Part shown: positions 34,588-46,876 of the stretch, piece after piece
Layout: each line of letters opens with the position of its first letter
Position numbering within the stretch: position 1 is the stretch's first letter
Source of the DNA: Schizochytrium sp. TIO01
Lineage: Eukaryota; Protista; Bigyra: Labyrinthulomycetes
Assembly (NCBI GenBank): GCA_004764695.1
Contig: SMSO01000032.1
Coordinates: 1,302,001-1,366,000 of the forward strand
Length of the DNA: 64,000 nucleotides
Direction: 5' to 3'
Notes under the pieces: model-generated
The model's database searches: none
The model's input: the letters and a program-made list of their open reading frames with translations, nothing else
Told to the model about the DNA's origin: nothing
Program-made: the position numbers and the translations under genes

Positions 34588-37191
34588 TCAGAAGTAAGCT
34601 ACGTAGCACTGCTTACTGGATGAAGATGGGGCAGGGTCGACGTCATTGAATTCCGCAGCCTCGCATTTAATGGAGGTCGATCCGTCATACGTCTTGAAAA
34701 CATAGTCGCCGTCAGCACCGAAGCGAACCATGCCAGCCTTCTTAACAGTTCTAGTAGCACCCTCGTTACCAAGCTTGGAGAAGTCAAGTGCAGTAGGATA
34801 GAACCAGCAGAACTTCTTCTTGTTCGGCAGAGGATCGAAGCCAAAGACATCCGTTGAGCAGTCAAAGTCCGCAGCATCATCAAAGTAGTAAAACGCGTAG
34901 GCATTCTTGTTACCGAAGCGAACTACACCAGGTTCAGAAGTAGAGCAGGACTTGTTGAGTTTGCAAAGCTTGCTACTAAAGCTCAGAGCCTTCACCTTGG
35001 TTGGTGCAGGAGTAGGGGCTTTGGTGGGCTTGGCAGTCGGTTCCGGCGTGGGAGCCTTGGTTGGTCTTGCTGTAGGAAAATCTGTCGGAGCCTTTGTCGG
35101 CTTCGTGGTGGGTTGGTTGGTGGGCTTCTTCGTAGGCTGAGCTGTGGGCGTCTTTGTAGGTTGCGGCGTAGGCTCCCTGGTAGGTCTAGCAGTTGGCTGG
35201 GGAGTGGGAGGAGTCGGGGAAGGAGTAGGGCGGTCTGTCGGCGGGCCAGTGTAGACGCAAGTTCCACTTGAGCAAACACCCTCACCACCGGCGCTGGTAG
35301 TGCAGATAGATCCATCTACAACGTTGCCAATGTAAGCTCCACTCATCTTCCAGTTTGCAGAGCAAGTGCTGCCATCCGTGCACTTGATGCGGCATCCTTG
35401 GTTAGATACTCCACAACTCTCAAGCGAGGAGGAGGCACTGCACGGATCTAGACATTGGCCGCCAGCGCTGCAGTATCCACCATCACATTCGGTATCCGCA
35501 TCCATAAGCACACCGTCGACACAGCATGAAGAATCGGAAAGGGTACCATAAGTAGTTGCACTTCCTTGTGCCACCATGTAAAATGTTGAAGTACTGCATT
35601 CCACATCTTTAGTGAGCGCGCAGTTCTTGCAGCCAGTGCAAGAGGTTCCGCCACCTACACATTCACATTCTTCATCACCACTAATGATCTCATTGCCACA
35701 AGTGGTTTCTTCCTCATAAATAGTGATGTACTCACAAGAAGCAGTAATAGCAGATTGCAGCTCTCCGCACATTTCATCGCGACGAGCGAGACGGAAGCGG
35801 TAAAGGTTAGTGCCAAGAATTTTGCCGTTGCCATAGTCCATAATACCACCTGTAGTTCCAACACCATTTTCAAAGGAATGCACAGCGGCAAAGTTATGAC
35901 CAAGTTCGTGCGCAAATGTACGCCAGAGGGAGGAAGTGTAACGAGAGATACCAGCGTTGTAATTGTTGTTGCAGAGAGTGCCAATCCAAGCAACACCAGT
36001 GGTGCTGGATCCAGAAGGGCATCCAGTAAAGTAGTGCAGAGTAGCAGCTTGCTTGGAGCTTGCAAGAGAACGGGTGAATGACGTAGCACTGTTGAGCTGG
36101 CCGCTGATGTCAAGAGGGCAAGTACTGTCGTCCGTCGAGTAGCTAAAGAACGTAGGCCATGAGCTAGGTACAGCTGAGTCAGTGGCCATCCACATGTTGC
36201 TGATCGAGAGCTGCATGTTCATCTGAATCTCATAGATAGCGCTTGATTGAGTAAAAACCTTCTCGTACTGAGCCAAGACACTTGCATTAGTACCTCCGAC
36301 GGAAGTATAGAATGCCACATCGGAGACAATGTTGATAGCAATCTGGTGAGCGCGATCGTCATCCGTGTAGCAGTCCGGAGTGAATGCATAGTCATCTGTA
36401 AGCTGGCGGCGCATAGAGTGGTCCTCAACAGATGATGTCGTGGCGTTGGTACTCTTCTTTGGCAGCTTGACCTTCTTGGCCAATGTGCTGATGGTGTATC
36501 CACTGACACCCATTGCAGAAGCAGTCTCGGAATCATCACCCAAAAGAATTTCAAGGTCATTGAGATCACTACTCTTGGCAACGATACTTTCAGGTACCTC
36601 CCAGGCTAAGCAGTCCGGGTCTTCATCATCACTGTCATCGCTAGAAAGGTGACGCTCGCTGTCGTACTTCTTGAAAATGTTATCGTGGGCCTCATCTACC
36701 TCATACCAGAACTCAGAGTCAGGGACTTCAGCAAGGATACGAGCGCCTTCGTCCTTAAGAAACATGTTGCGATGGCCGACTTGCACGGTCTTAGTGCCGT
36801 TGCGGACAATGAGTTCGATGATGTCCTCATCCGGGTGGTATGAACAAGTGAACCAGCCATACTCATGTTTGGCATGGTAGGTATATTTTGCATGTCGGTT
36901 CTCCATTGGCATGACAACCTCGCCTTCTGGTTGAGCAATGTGAATCGTACTGCCAACGGCGTACAAATTGCGCACGCGAGAAAGTTCATGTGATACATGG
37001 ATATCATCGCTGGCGCGAACGTCAACGTGGACTCTGTCCTCATCAAGACGACGTACATGGAACTGGTCAACTGGGTGAAAGGTACGGTCATTCTTTTCTT
37101 TAAGCTCTCGTGAGCGAATGTGACGAGCTTCGCTTGTACATGCAGTGCTGGCAAGCACAGCCACTGCAATGAGTAAGAGATTTGGCCTCAT
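34588..37191 (-). CDS. Secreted M12B/reprolysin (ADAM-like) zinc metalloprotease, paralog A
   Basis: Signal peptide and prodomain, then GVAWIGTLC, zinc motif HELGHNFAAVH and Met-turn GGIMDY. These are followed by the disintegrin-like start CGN.....EECEC, a Cys-rich region, a PT-repeat stalk and two C-terminal VRFG...DP..K.C repeats. Confidence 0.88.
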   Translation of the reverse strand: MRPNLLLIAVAVLASTACTSEARHIRSRELKEKNDRTFHPVDQFHVRRLDEDRVHVDVRASDDIHVSHELSRVRNLYAVGSTIHIAQPEGEVVMPMENRHAKYTYHAKHEYGWFTCSYHPDEDIIELIVRNGTKTVQVGHRNMFLKDEGARILAEVPDSEFWYEVDEAHDNIFKKYDSERHLSSDDSDDEDPDCLAWEVPESIVAKSSDLNDLEILLGDDSETASAMGVSGYTISTLAKKVKLPKKSTNATTSSVEDHSMRRQLTDDYAFTPDCYTDDDRAHQIAINIVSDVAFYTSVGGTNASVLAQYEKVFTQSSAIYEIQMNMQLSISNMWMATDSAVPSSWPTFFSYSTDDSTCPLDISGQLNSATSFTRSLASSKQAATLHYFTGCPSGSSTTGVAWIGTLCNNNYNAGISRYTSSLWRTFAHELGHNFAAVHSFENGVGTTGGIMDYGNGKILGTNLYRFRLARRDEMCGELQSAITASCEYITIYEEETTCGNEIISGDEECECVGGGTSCTGCKNCALTKDVECSTSTFYMVAQGSATTYGTLSDSSCCVDGVLMDADTECDGGYCSAGGQCLDPCSASSSLESCGVSNQGCRIKCTDGSTCSANWKMSGAYIGNVVDGSICTTSAGGEGVCSSGTCVYTGPPTDRPTPSPTPPTPQPTARPTREPTPQPTKTPTAQPTKKPTNQPTTKPTKAPTDFPTARPTKAPTPEPTAKPTKAPTPAPTKVKALSFSSKLCKLNKSCSTSEPGVVRFGNKNAYAFYYFDDAADFDCSTDVFGFDPLPNKKKFCWFYPTALDFSKLGNEGATRTVKKAGMVRFGADGDYVFKTYDGSTSIKCEAAEFNDVDPAPSSSSKQCYVAYF
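34999..35250 (-). repeat. Coding PT(x)x tetrapeptide repeat (mucin-like stalk) in protease A
   Basis: PTDRPTPSPTPPTPQPTARPTREPT...PTKAPTPAPTK, with 12-nt periodicity. Confidence 0.85.
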
Positions 37192-40100
37192 ATTCTGATG
37201 CGCCTAATTTAGAACTAGGTGCTATGGCGTTCTCTTATGCTCTTTTCTTATTGTTATTCTTATTCAAAGAACGGAGACACTTTGGTTAAACTGCTAAGTC
37301 ATGCACTAATTTGTTACAAAATTTAAGCAGTCTTTCTAAGCAAGCTAATGATTAGCACGCTCAAGACCCTTATTGATGAGTGTTGATTGTGGAGTTGATG
37401 CTTTGCTTTCCCATTCAGGGTTTGCTCTTCGTTCCCGCTCGCTTGCATGCCCACTCCTACGTGCCCTTAGCCAACCTCTACCTGGCGCCTCCTTTCCAAT
37501 AGCTGCTCGATCGCTTTGTTTTCCTTTTTACTATGGCGCGGACGAGCCACTAAATGTCCCCCTCTATGACTGACATGCTCTCTTCTTACACACATTCGTT
37601 TTCTCTCTTAAAAAACAATAATAGTATTATTATGTTTAATTTTATTTAAAAAGAAGTAAGAGAGTATGTTTCTTCCGGGTAATTGCTACTGATGTGTTGA
37701 ATATTTCTACTGAGATCTGCTCGTAGAGAGTCTGTTTATGTGATATTAAAAAACAAACAAAAAAACAATGTTTTCTAAGGCACCTGAAAGCTTTCACACC
37801 AACTCTGTTGCTCCTTGATATTAGGGGTGAGTTTGGCCTGCTTCTCTTCTGTTTGATGGTTTGCCTGTCTGACCTCTTGGATTTTTGTGTGAATGACGGG
37901 GTGTACAACAGAAGGAAAGAGCTTGTTGTCTCATTGCCTTTGAATATACTTTCCCATCCTTTTTTTTCATCAAAGCTTTTCCCAATACGATTAAAAAAAA
38001 AGGAGAAAGAGAAAGAAAGAGAAAAAGAAGAAGGAGCAAGCAAGCAAGCAAACAAGTTCATACGGACTTCCTAGGCACGCGCGGATAAGCCTCCGCTGCT
38101 CGTTACCGGCACTTTGGTTGCTCCTTCACGCGCGCGAGAGAAGAGGCCTAGCGAACCAGCATAAACTTGAAGGCTCAGATGCACAAGCAGACGGTGGTCT
38201 CAGTCGATTCATATGTCCTGGACGTCTCGGCACGCCGAGCGGATGCCCAACGCCGCTGAGACCCTATCCTTTCATTTCCGAGCTTTCTTTCTTTCAACCT
38301 CACATTATTCTCTAATAAATTAAAAGAAGTCGTTCTTTTTCCGCTGCCAGGCACGTTTTTTATTAATTATTATTGCTATAACGTGCTGGAGCAGGTGTTC
38401 TTACCTTCGTATATTTGGGAGACAAATACTTACTATGAAATGTGTAGCACGTGCTAAGTAAATGTGAGCTGGAAGCACTGTACTGTTTGTCTTAGTTAGC
38501 TACGTACCTATGTACCTACCTATCATTGCAAGAGACAACCGTGAATTAATTAACTTTCCGAGCTCTTTATCGTATTACGAAGCGCTATATTAGTATATTA
38601 GAGGGAGTGTCTGTCGCATTTAAGGGAACTCGGACATAGAGAAGTTGCATAAAAGCATTATCAGATAGTAATAGAAAATCCTTCAAACGTGCTATTAATA
38701 TATTAATTTATTATTTTTAAAAAATTGAAAAAAGAAAAAAGAAAAAAGAAGAAGAAAAAGACTCATGATCATCTCCAAATGCTTCGCGAGTGAGAGCTCT
38801 TGCCCTCCTCCTGCTGCTCAATCTGTTGTCGATGATTGTACGGGTTCTGGCCCGCCTCCCTGCTGGACCTTGCGTTTCTTGTGTCTCACAGCACCTATCC
38901 AACGTAAAACGAAGGTGCCTTCCAGCCTCAACTGTTTTCTCGCCGCCGCGCACATGCTCTATTCTCCCGTTCTCTCGCCACATCGATCAGTCCATCACAA
39001 TGTCTCCTTTTCATGCACGCCTCTGGCTGCTTGGTTGTCTGAAATTATGTTCCGCCTGAAACCGATAGACGCTCATGAACATGAGAAACATCCTCTTCGG
39101 CCGCAGCCAAGGCGCATATTCATCAGCGCAGTCTATCACATTGGCATCTCTCGGGGCGGCTATTCCACAGCAAATGTCTCCGGAGCAAATGAATGCGGAA
39201 ATGTGTTACCGTGGAAAAGAACGAAGGATGAGAATCCTTTGTATCTACAGTTGTTTTTCCATGCATCTCCTTGAACATGTGTATTTCTTTTTTCTTGCCA
39301 TTGTTACTTATTAAAGAACTAGAGATGCTACACCATATCTATGAGAATGCCCATTCTTCGCTGAAAGGAATCATGTTCTACACATGCGAGGTATACTATA
39401 AAATCATGCACCCGGAAGGTGGTCTTTCTGTTCTTTTTCTTTTCTTTTCTTCTCTTTTCTTTTTCTTTCTTTCTTTCTTTCCTAAACAATAAGTGGTCGT
39501 CTCCTTCAATTCAAGAGGAGAAAAACACGTCGACTACGACTTCGCGAGCTCTCATTCGACGACTGAGAGCCCTTTCGGTTATCCATCGAATAACCGAGCG
39601 CTGCTGCTGTTCCGCCGCCAGGCAGGAAGACATGTGACTCCCGGACTCAGCGCGGGGACCTCGGGTGATCATTTTCAGCCTTCTAGTCTTGAAACTCATG
39701 GACGTTCCTAACTTTTTTTTCTTTTTTAAAAATTTAATTTTAAGTTTTAAATATTAAATATTAATAGAGTGTTGCAATTTGCAGAGATAAATGGAAAAAC
39801 GTGCCTACACTCACTGACGCACGTACATCATGATGGACACCCATTGATTGCTATGGATGGAGATGTGGCACCAAGACATGCCTCTGCGGAGCCGAGGTGG
39901 GGTGCCGCACATGTGGCCGCCGATCCTACCCCCGGCGCTGCATCTTACGTCGCGCTCCACTCGTGCGCTTGGTGATGGGGCTCTTCCCGCCAAACGTCTC
40001 GAGCGCGGGGCGGACCTTTTGCCCGCTTTCTCTCTAAAACCTTTTTTTCCTTCCCTTTTTTCTTTTATGTCGAGACTATTCAAGTTCTTTCGCAGTGATT

Positions 40101-41933
40101 TGTTTATTTCCAAACTTAACAATAATCTCATTCCTCATACCACGGTGGTAGGGTACTAGGTAGACCCAACCACCTTTACAAAAAAATATTTAAAAAATGT
40201 TTTATCTTTTGAAATGATTGAAGGTTAAGGAAGGACCAAAACACTATTTTTTCATCTTTTCAACAATCCACATAAATATACACAATAGGCCCTATCAAAA
40301 TATGTAAAGAAATAAAATTGGGAACCAAAGAACAGAGGATCAGAACATAGTAACACCATGGTCGCTCTCCTATTGCAGTGGTGCAAACCCAGAGCTTCTC
40401 CCGGTGCTGGTTCTCATTTTTTTTTAACGCCTTCTTGTCGAGGATGCCAAGACAAACAAACTCAGGTCGTAGAGTAGGGGTGAGTAAAAGGAGTCTTCAT
40501 ACCTTTTCATTTGTTTTAAGTACTTTTTAAGAACGCACAATGATCAAATGACTCCTCCCACGGAAATGGGGAGGGGGACAGCAACAAGGTGTACTATGCT
40601 GCTCTCTAGAACTAGCGTACCAGTGGAAGTAGAAGAAGAAGAAGAAGAAAAAAAAGCACAGAACATTGGTATGAAGTACTTTTCAAGAACAAATTCTACA
40701 ATTGCAAATGCGGCGTGCCTCGATTATGCAGCATATGAGCGACGGTCCTTAAGCGCTGCTTCCTCCTCACGGAAGGTGCTTCAAGGTCGGTCGGTTATTT
40801 GAGCAGCTGCTGCCGCTAGCTGGCACGCATTTCCAGAGACGAAGAGAGCTAGTTTGAGCGCGGGCGGGCGAGCTATGCGTTGTGTGGCCCCAAGAGGTAC
40901 CACCGTAGCAGTAGGCTTTGATAGGGTTTGATAGGGGCCTGGTAGGTGGGTATTTCGCGACCATGGTTGAAAAAGGGAAAGAATGGTGTAACAAATAAAT
41001 GAAAGTAGATGATTGATCGAACCATCCTCTTGACGCTCTGATGAGTTCACACTCAAGTTTAAAGGGAATGTGTCTCTAAGTTATCGATGTTTCTACGCTA
41101 TCGCTCCCTGAAGGCGCTCGTCGTGAACACATAGGAAGTATGGAAATGGTGAGTCTACGAGTGCAAAAAATGATTTGCAGATGGTGGTCGATTGCATCGG
41201 ACTTTGGAGACTCACGCAGTAAATGCAAAAAAGTGCGTGCAAGAAATGAAGCGATCGCCACGGCGATTGTCAGGAAGTACGCATGTGCTATTTCCATGCA
41301 GCTTTTCATTTAACAACAATTATGACTTGGTGAAGGACGCAATACAGCCATTTATGAGGGTAAACGAAGTATGATTTTGCGAAATTGCATTTTTAAAAAG
41401 CGGCTAGCAATTGCAAGATGTCAGGCGTCGCTGTGCTCATTGATATCGATCCGGTATAGATAGCTTTTAAATCTCGTGTGTTTGTGCCATCACCAAAGTG
41501 ATTTTTCAATATAAATTCACCGTTTCGAATCAACAAAGATGCCTCCAGGGTCCCCAAAACATTGTACATTGCTGCGAAATGAGGGCTAGCACTACACCAC
41601 AAACAGGAGTTAGTTTCCCAGATAGATAAAATGTAACTATGGACACTTCTTATCAGCTTTAAAATAATAATACACCAGGAAGGAATGCAGCATAATTATT
41701 GATTTTGATCCTTCTTTCCGCGTGCTCCAATTTACTATTCTGCAACAGCAGGCTGACCTAATTTAATGGTTGGCGCATGTTCATCGTGGCCGCGCTGCAA
41801 ATAAAAACCAAGCCTGACAACATGCGACATTTCAGAAGTGGTGGGCTACAGATCCAGTGCGTCGTTGTTGCTTATTTCCACACAGCTGCTACTACACTAC
41901 CACTACCAATACTGGCTCAGTACTAGCAAGCTA

Positions 41934-41961
41934 GAAAGAAAGAAAGAAAGAAAGAAAGAAA
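41934..41961. repeat. (GAAA)n microsatellite
   Basis: About 7 copies. Confidence 0.85.
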
Positions 41962-42954
41962 GGAGACAAACACAGAGGTGAACAAAAACGAGGGAGAGGG
42001 AAAAAAGGTCCACCAGAGACTGACAGTTCGACAGACTTGGCAGACACACAGCTCTTAGCTAGCAACAGCAGAGACGATTTCTCCTGTCTGCAAGGACCTC
42101 TTAGATATTCTTCCCTCGCGAAGAACCGCACCCATAATACAGCAACTTGAGGATGCAAAACAGAAATGGATTATGTAATACTTACTTTCTTTCATTCTCT
42201 GTGACAACATGACACGTTGATAATCGGTCTCTGAAAGAGCAAGTTTTTTGATGCCGTAGTACCTTCGCTATCAGCGTTGGCGAGGCCTCTTAGCACGGGC
42301 CATCTCTCCTACGCGTACTCGCCTATTTTACTTCAAGTCTGAGTATGTTGTCTTACAAGCCTAGAGTCTTTGCCTTTAGGCAGGTTCCTCTCTGATCCTC
42401 CTTATCGGTCATGGTGTTTTCGAGTTTGAGCACTTTGTTCTTCATTCATACTGTTTTTCTTGAAATAACAAAGATCGCTCATTCACAACGACCATAAAAA
42501 GAAAACGATCCGGGCTGTTGGTTGGTTGATTTGTTATGACCGCAAGCCGTTCTAAGAACAGAGTTCCTACGGACCTTATGCAGTAGCTAACAAGTCTATT
42601 TTCCAACTTGGAGGCTGCACCATTCATGTCGCTTGAACAGGTTGCAATCTATAGCGGAACTGTATTATGCGACATTTGTTCTTGAAGCTTGCTGCTAATA
42701 CCCAGAGTAACTTTTCTACCTCTTTCATTTTTAGACAAATTCAAGTTCTCACCTCTGCATACTTCCGATGTGAGCCAGTCCATACAAAATAACTCAATAT
42801 ACTCTTAGACAGACAGATGTAAAACAACTTGATAGACGTACATTCAACAAATCTATCGATCGATTGAATTAGAAAACAATCCGTGCAGGCAGGGACGGGC
42901 AGCACCAGCCACAATAAGTCGTAATCGTAACAGCAATTCCCACGTTTGGTTGGT

Positions 42955-42955
<1 letters not shown>

Positions 42956-42983
<28 letters not shown>
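42956..42983. repeat. poly(T) run
   Basis: About 28 consecutive T. Confidence 0.85.
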
Positions 42984-42990
<7 letters not shown>

Positions 42991-45900
42991 GAAAAGCGGC
43001 GTTTTTCTAATTTTAATTTTTAAAAAAATAGTTTAGTTTTACATTTGTGGTACTATCGCTTCTAGTGGAAGTTCTATCTATACCTTTCAAAGTAAAACAT
43101 CTCATTAGAAAAGAAAAAGAAGGGGGGAAAAGGAGTCAATTCCTGAGGAACAACTTTCAACAGAAAAAGGAAGGGGAGCTAATATGTATAATATGAGAAA
43201 GAGGAATGAAAGAAGTTCGGAAAGAGAAAAAGAGAAGGAAGGAAGAACACTTTTTAGGCGCGGAGTGTGTTTATAGAGAGCGCGGGGCGCCCAGCTGACG
43301 GTTGAGAGGGGTCTTCGCTTAGATCGTGATTGCTCATTTCCTTCGATAGCTCAGCACGATTAACCGCGAGATTGGCTTTACTCGAACAGCCGCCTCGAAA
43401 GCCAGATTATTCGAGGGGTTCAACCTCTGCTCGACGCGGACATACAAATACCGACCGGGCCTTCCGAGATGGTCGTCGGCGAGACTGGTCTTGCATTTTT
43501 GTTCGATTTATTTCCTCAAGTAGTGCAACAGGAGGATCTACGAATCATGTCCTGCACAGGAAATGAATACCTTGACGAGATAGTACTATATCAACTCTAG
43601 CACAAGCTAATGGATATCAACGGCATAGAGTCTGCTGGAGCATTATATTCCCTTTGCATCAATGATATGATCATGAGTCTAGGGGGTTCGGAGACATTTT
43701 TTATCCTTTTGATGACTAACAAACAAAACGAAAAGGCAAATTTCAAAGGGAAATGGGGGAGTCATCTGCTTATACTGATAAAGGCATCTGCCTTTAGCGA
43801 TGAATCGTGGGGGTATAACTTTAGGAACAAGGCGCCAAAGGGCACCCACTTGCTGTACTACGCTACGGAAATGGAAAGTGACTTTCAATGATGAAACGTC
43901 CTCAGCTTGGCACTGCCCATGAAGCATGCTTACAAAAATTGAGCCATGACATATTTTACACTAGCCTTCGCTGACTGCCATGTCCAAGAGTCGTCATTTC
44001 GAGCCATCTGAGTAGTGGCCATGACACAACAAAACCTTGTTCTACTTGAAATAATTTTGAAATTTTGCAGGGATGGACAGAGTGCGAAGTTGGCCTTCTT
44101 GTGGGTTCTAAATCTCAGTTCGTAATTCGAATAAATATTCTTTTTTAAGCAGGCCAATAAAGTAGGAAATTGCCAGCTAGCTCATGCTTCAAATATGAAA
44201 GGAAACAATAGCATTTTATAATATTCTTCCTCGGTTTCCAGCAATTACTTTGAGCAAGGACGGCCCTTTTCACATAAAAATTCGAGCCGCTTATTTCATT
44301 GACACCTTTTCCACACTCTGCCAAGGTTGTACTCTTCTCTACACCATGGATGACCAATTTCACCGAACTCTAGACAAGCTTGTGCGTGCGCCATCCCGTT
44401 ATCAACATGTCTGATCCCATTCTATATTATACGAGCTCTCTTGGCCAGACGTTGCGGCCCTAACTTTGTCTCGTCCGACATTGTCAGCAAGATCTTTTTG
44501 ACCATCGATCGAATTGGATCTTGCAAACAAGTCAAATTTCCTATTCTAGGATTTTAGACTGCAACTGATCATAAAATAGTGAATCAGCGTCCTGCACACT
44601 TGTTACTCTCACGTCCCTCCACGGCCTTGCCTTGAGGCAAAGGAAAGTCAGCTCCTTGGCGGCCCAAAGAGTTGCACTTATCAATACTCAATACTCTACC
44701 TCAAAGCCTTCGCATCTCTCGTCACCAAATCGAATGTCCTAGTATTTGGGCAAATGAGTTAGTCTAGACTGCTGCGGGACGCCCCAACGTGTGGTTTGAA
44801 GCATGTCACACTACCTATTACTACTTGGTTTTGCAAAGCGTCCGACAAACTAGTGCTAGAATTAAGAAAGAAGAGGAAATTAACATATAGAAAAGAAACA
44901 GTCTCCTCTTTAGAGGAAATGCTAGGTGTACCTAGGCACTGGTGCAAAGCGGGTTCTTGGGGGTGGAGGGCTCATTGAATGTGGCCTTTTCTGCCAATTG
45001 TGCGGACGGATCGCTCGTAAGACATCGAGTGTGGACGAATGCTGCGCTTGCTTGCAGTTTCAGTCTGAAAATCCTACATGGTACTATGAGAAGACTTTCA
45101 CAAATCTTCTTGTTGACACGAACAAGTGTCTGCGGTTCGCTCAAGCTTTTGAATAAATACCACCTACTTTGTTGACAATGAACGTGCGGCTTTGTTGTCG
45201 CACGTGCTTTGGAACCATTATGCTTGTAGTTTGACGAGAAGAAAAAAAGGAGTCTTTAAAAAGAACCCAATCGTGTTGCTCTTTGAAAAAAAATAATCTG
45301 AAAACATTTTTTAAATTTTTTTAAATATGAAAATTAATTTAAAATGTAGAAAAGAAGCAATTATTTGGATGTCTATTTATTATAAGGTTAATTGAGCAAC
45401 ACTGCGCATGGAATAATAATGTGAAGGTCTAAATAAATTCAATGCCTTACAAAGTGAGAGGAGTGGTTCAACAGTTTGGCGAATTGGATTAGGTTTTTTA
45501 TTTACTTTATACTATTCACCATGATTAAACAATTCTGCACGTACATATTTGAGTAACGATCTGCTAAAGCTTGCAATGCATTTGAATGTGCTTATTCTTA
45601 AAGTTGATCGAAATCTTAAAAGTCAAATTGAATACCTCGTTCATTTCGAGTTGACAATTAGTTTTAAATACCTTTCCGGCCTCAGGGCGTCAGCATCCAT
45701 CGAACTCCAGACGCGAAAAGCCAACTTTCGGCAATTTGGCTCGACTTTATAAAAGATTTGCCTTAAAACAAAGAATTGAACGTTGCATGAATTGCGCATA
45801 TTCTCATCGTCTCCAAATTAGTTTCCAACGGTAGTCAAACGGTAGTCAAAACAAGTCCGCGCGTTATCCAAGAAAGTTTCACGGGAAGAGTCCTCACTGA

Positions 45901-46840
45901 TGTGATGAATGACTCTGCCGACCCGGGTGCCTTTTTCCAACCCTTGAGCTCAAAAGACTTACTCATTTTCATTGCCCAAACTAATCGAGGCATCGTATGC
46001 CGGAACCAGCACCTAATAATAGTAACAGCCTCAGAACCTGTGAAACAACAAAGTGTTTTGCCTCATTGCACCCCCCTTCATAAACAAGCTCTATAGCTTG
46101 AAAAGAAGAAGCAAGAGACAATTTAAATATTTAACGTCTCCAAATTGTCCGGCCGTGCTAGTTTTTCGCATTGTCTGCCTTCCCCGAAGAGGCTCCGCTC
46201 TTGCTACTGCTCCTTTCTCGAAGTTCATCAAGACTGAGCGTTATTAGCTAGAGCACTTATTCTATTTATTTACCTTTAAATTTTATACAAATAAAATGAC
46301 TTTATTTCATTAAGAAATCAAAATCTCGTACATAGTAAGCAGCAGCAGTCAATGAATGAATGAATGAATTAGTGTGGTATTGCCCTTTAAATGCACCTCC
46401 TCTTAGTCTGAGCATGGCTGCGTAAGAAGAGCATCGTTGATGATGACATATGGGTAAGTTTTCAAGAGCGTCCGGGCTTTAGACGCTAGACTTTGGCGCG
46501 CGTGCAAATGTGACCAACCATGACTTCGCTTGGTTTCAAGCGTCCCTTGTTTTTTCAAAGAGTACTCTAGCTAGAAGAAGAGGGGAGGGATTCCAAAAGA
46601 TGCAATAAGCTGGAAAAGGAGAGACAACCTTCCCTTCATAGTGTGCCGATTGGTAAATATTGTCCTTTGGCTTGTGAATCCACAGCCAAACAGCAGATAC
46701 TTGCACTTTGGCCAAGACTTAAGGCATAAGTTTTGCCTCTACTGTAGTTGCTTTGCCTCTGTGAGGTCTTTGGCTAGGTTTGATTTCACTTATTTCAAGC
46801 TATAGAAACTTGCTGCGCTGCACAGCGTTGCACGGCACTG

Positions 46841-46876
46841 CACTGTGCTGCACTGTGCTGCACTGTGCTGCACTGT
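46841..46876. repeat. 10-bp minisatellite (CACTGTGCTG)n
   Basis: Three exact copies plus a partial one, with degenerate copies upstream from about 46812. Confidence 0.85.

Noticed and set aside
46812-46876. Short regular repeat considered as CRISPR-like
   Set aside because: It has no unique spacers and no cas genes, and the context is eukaryotic. It is a simple minisatellite.
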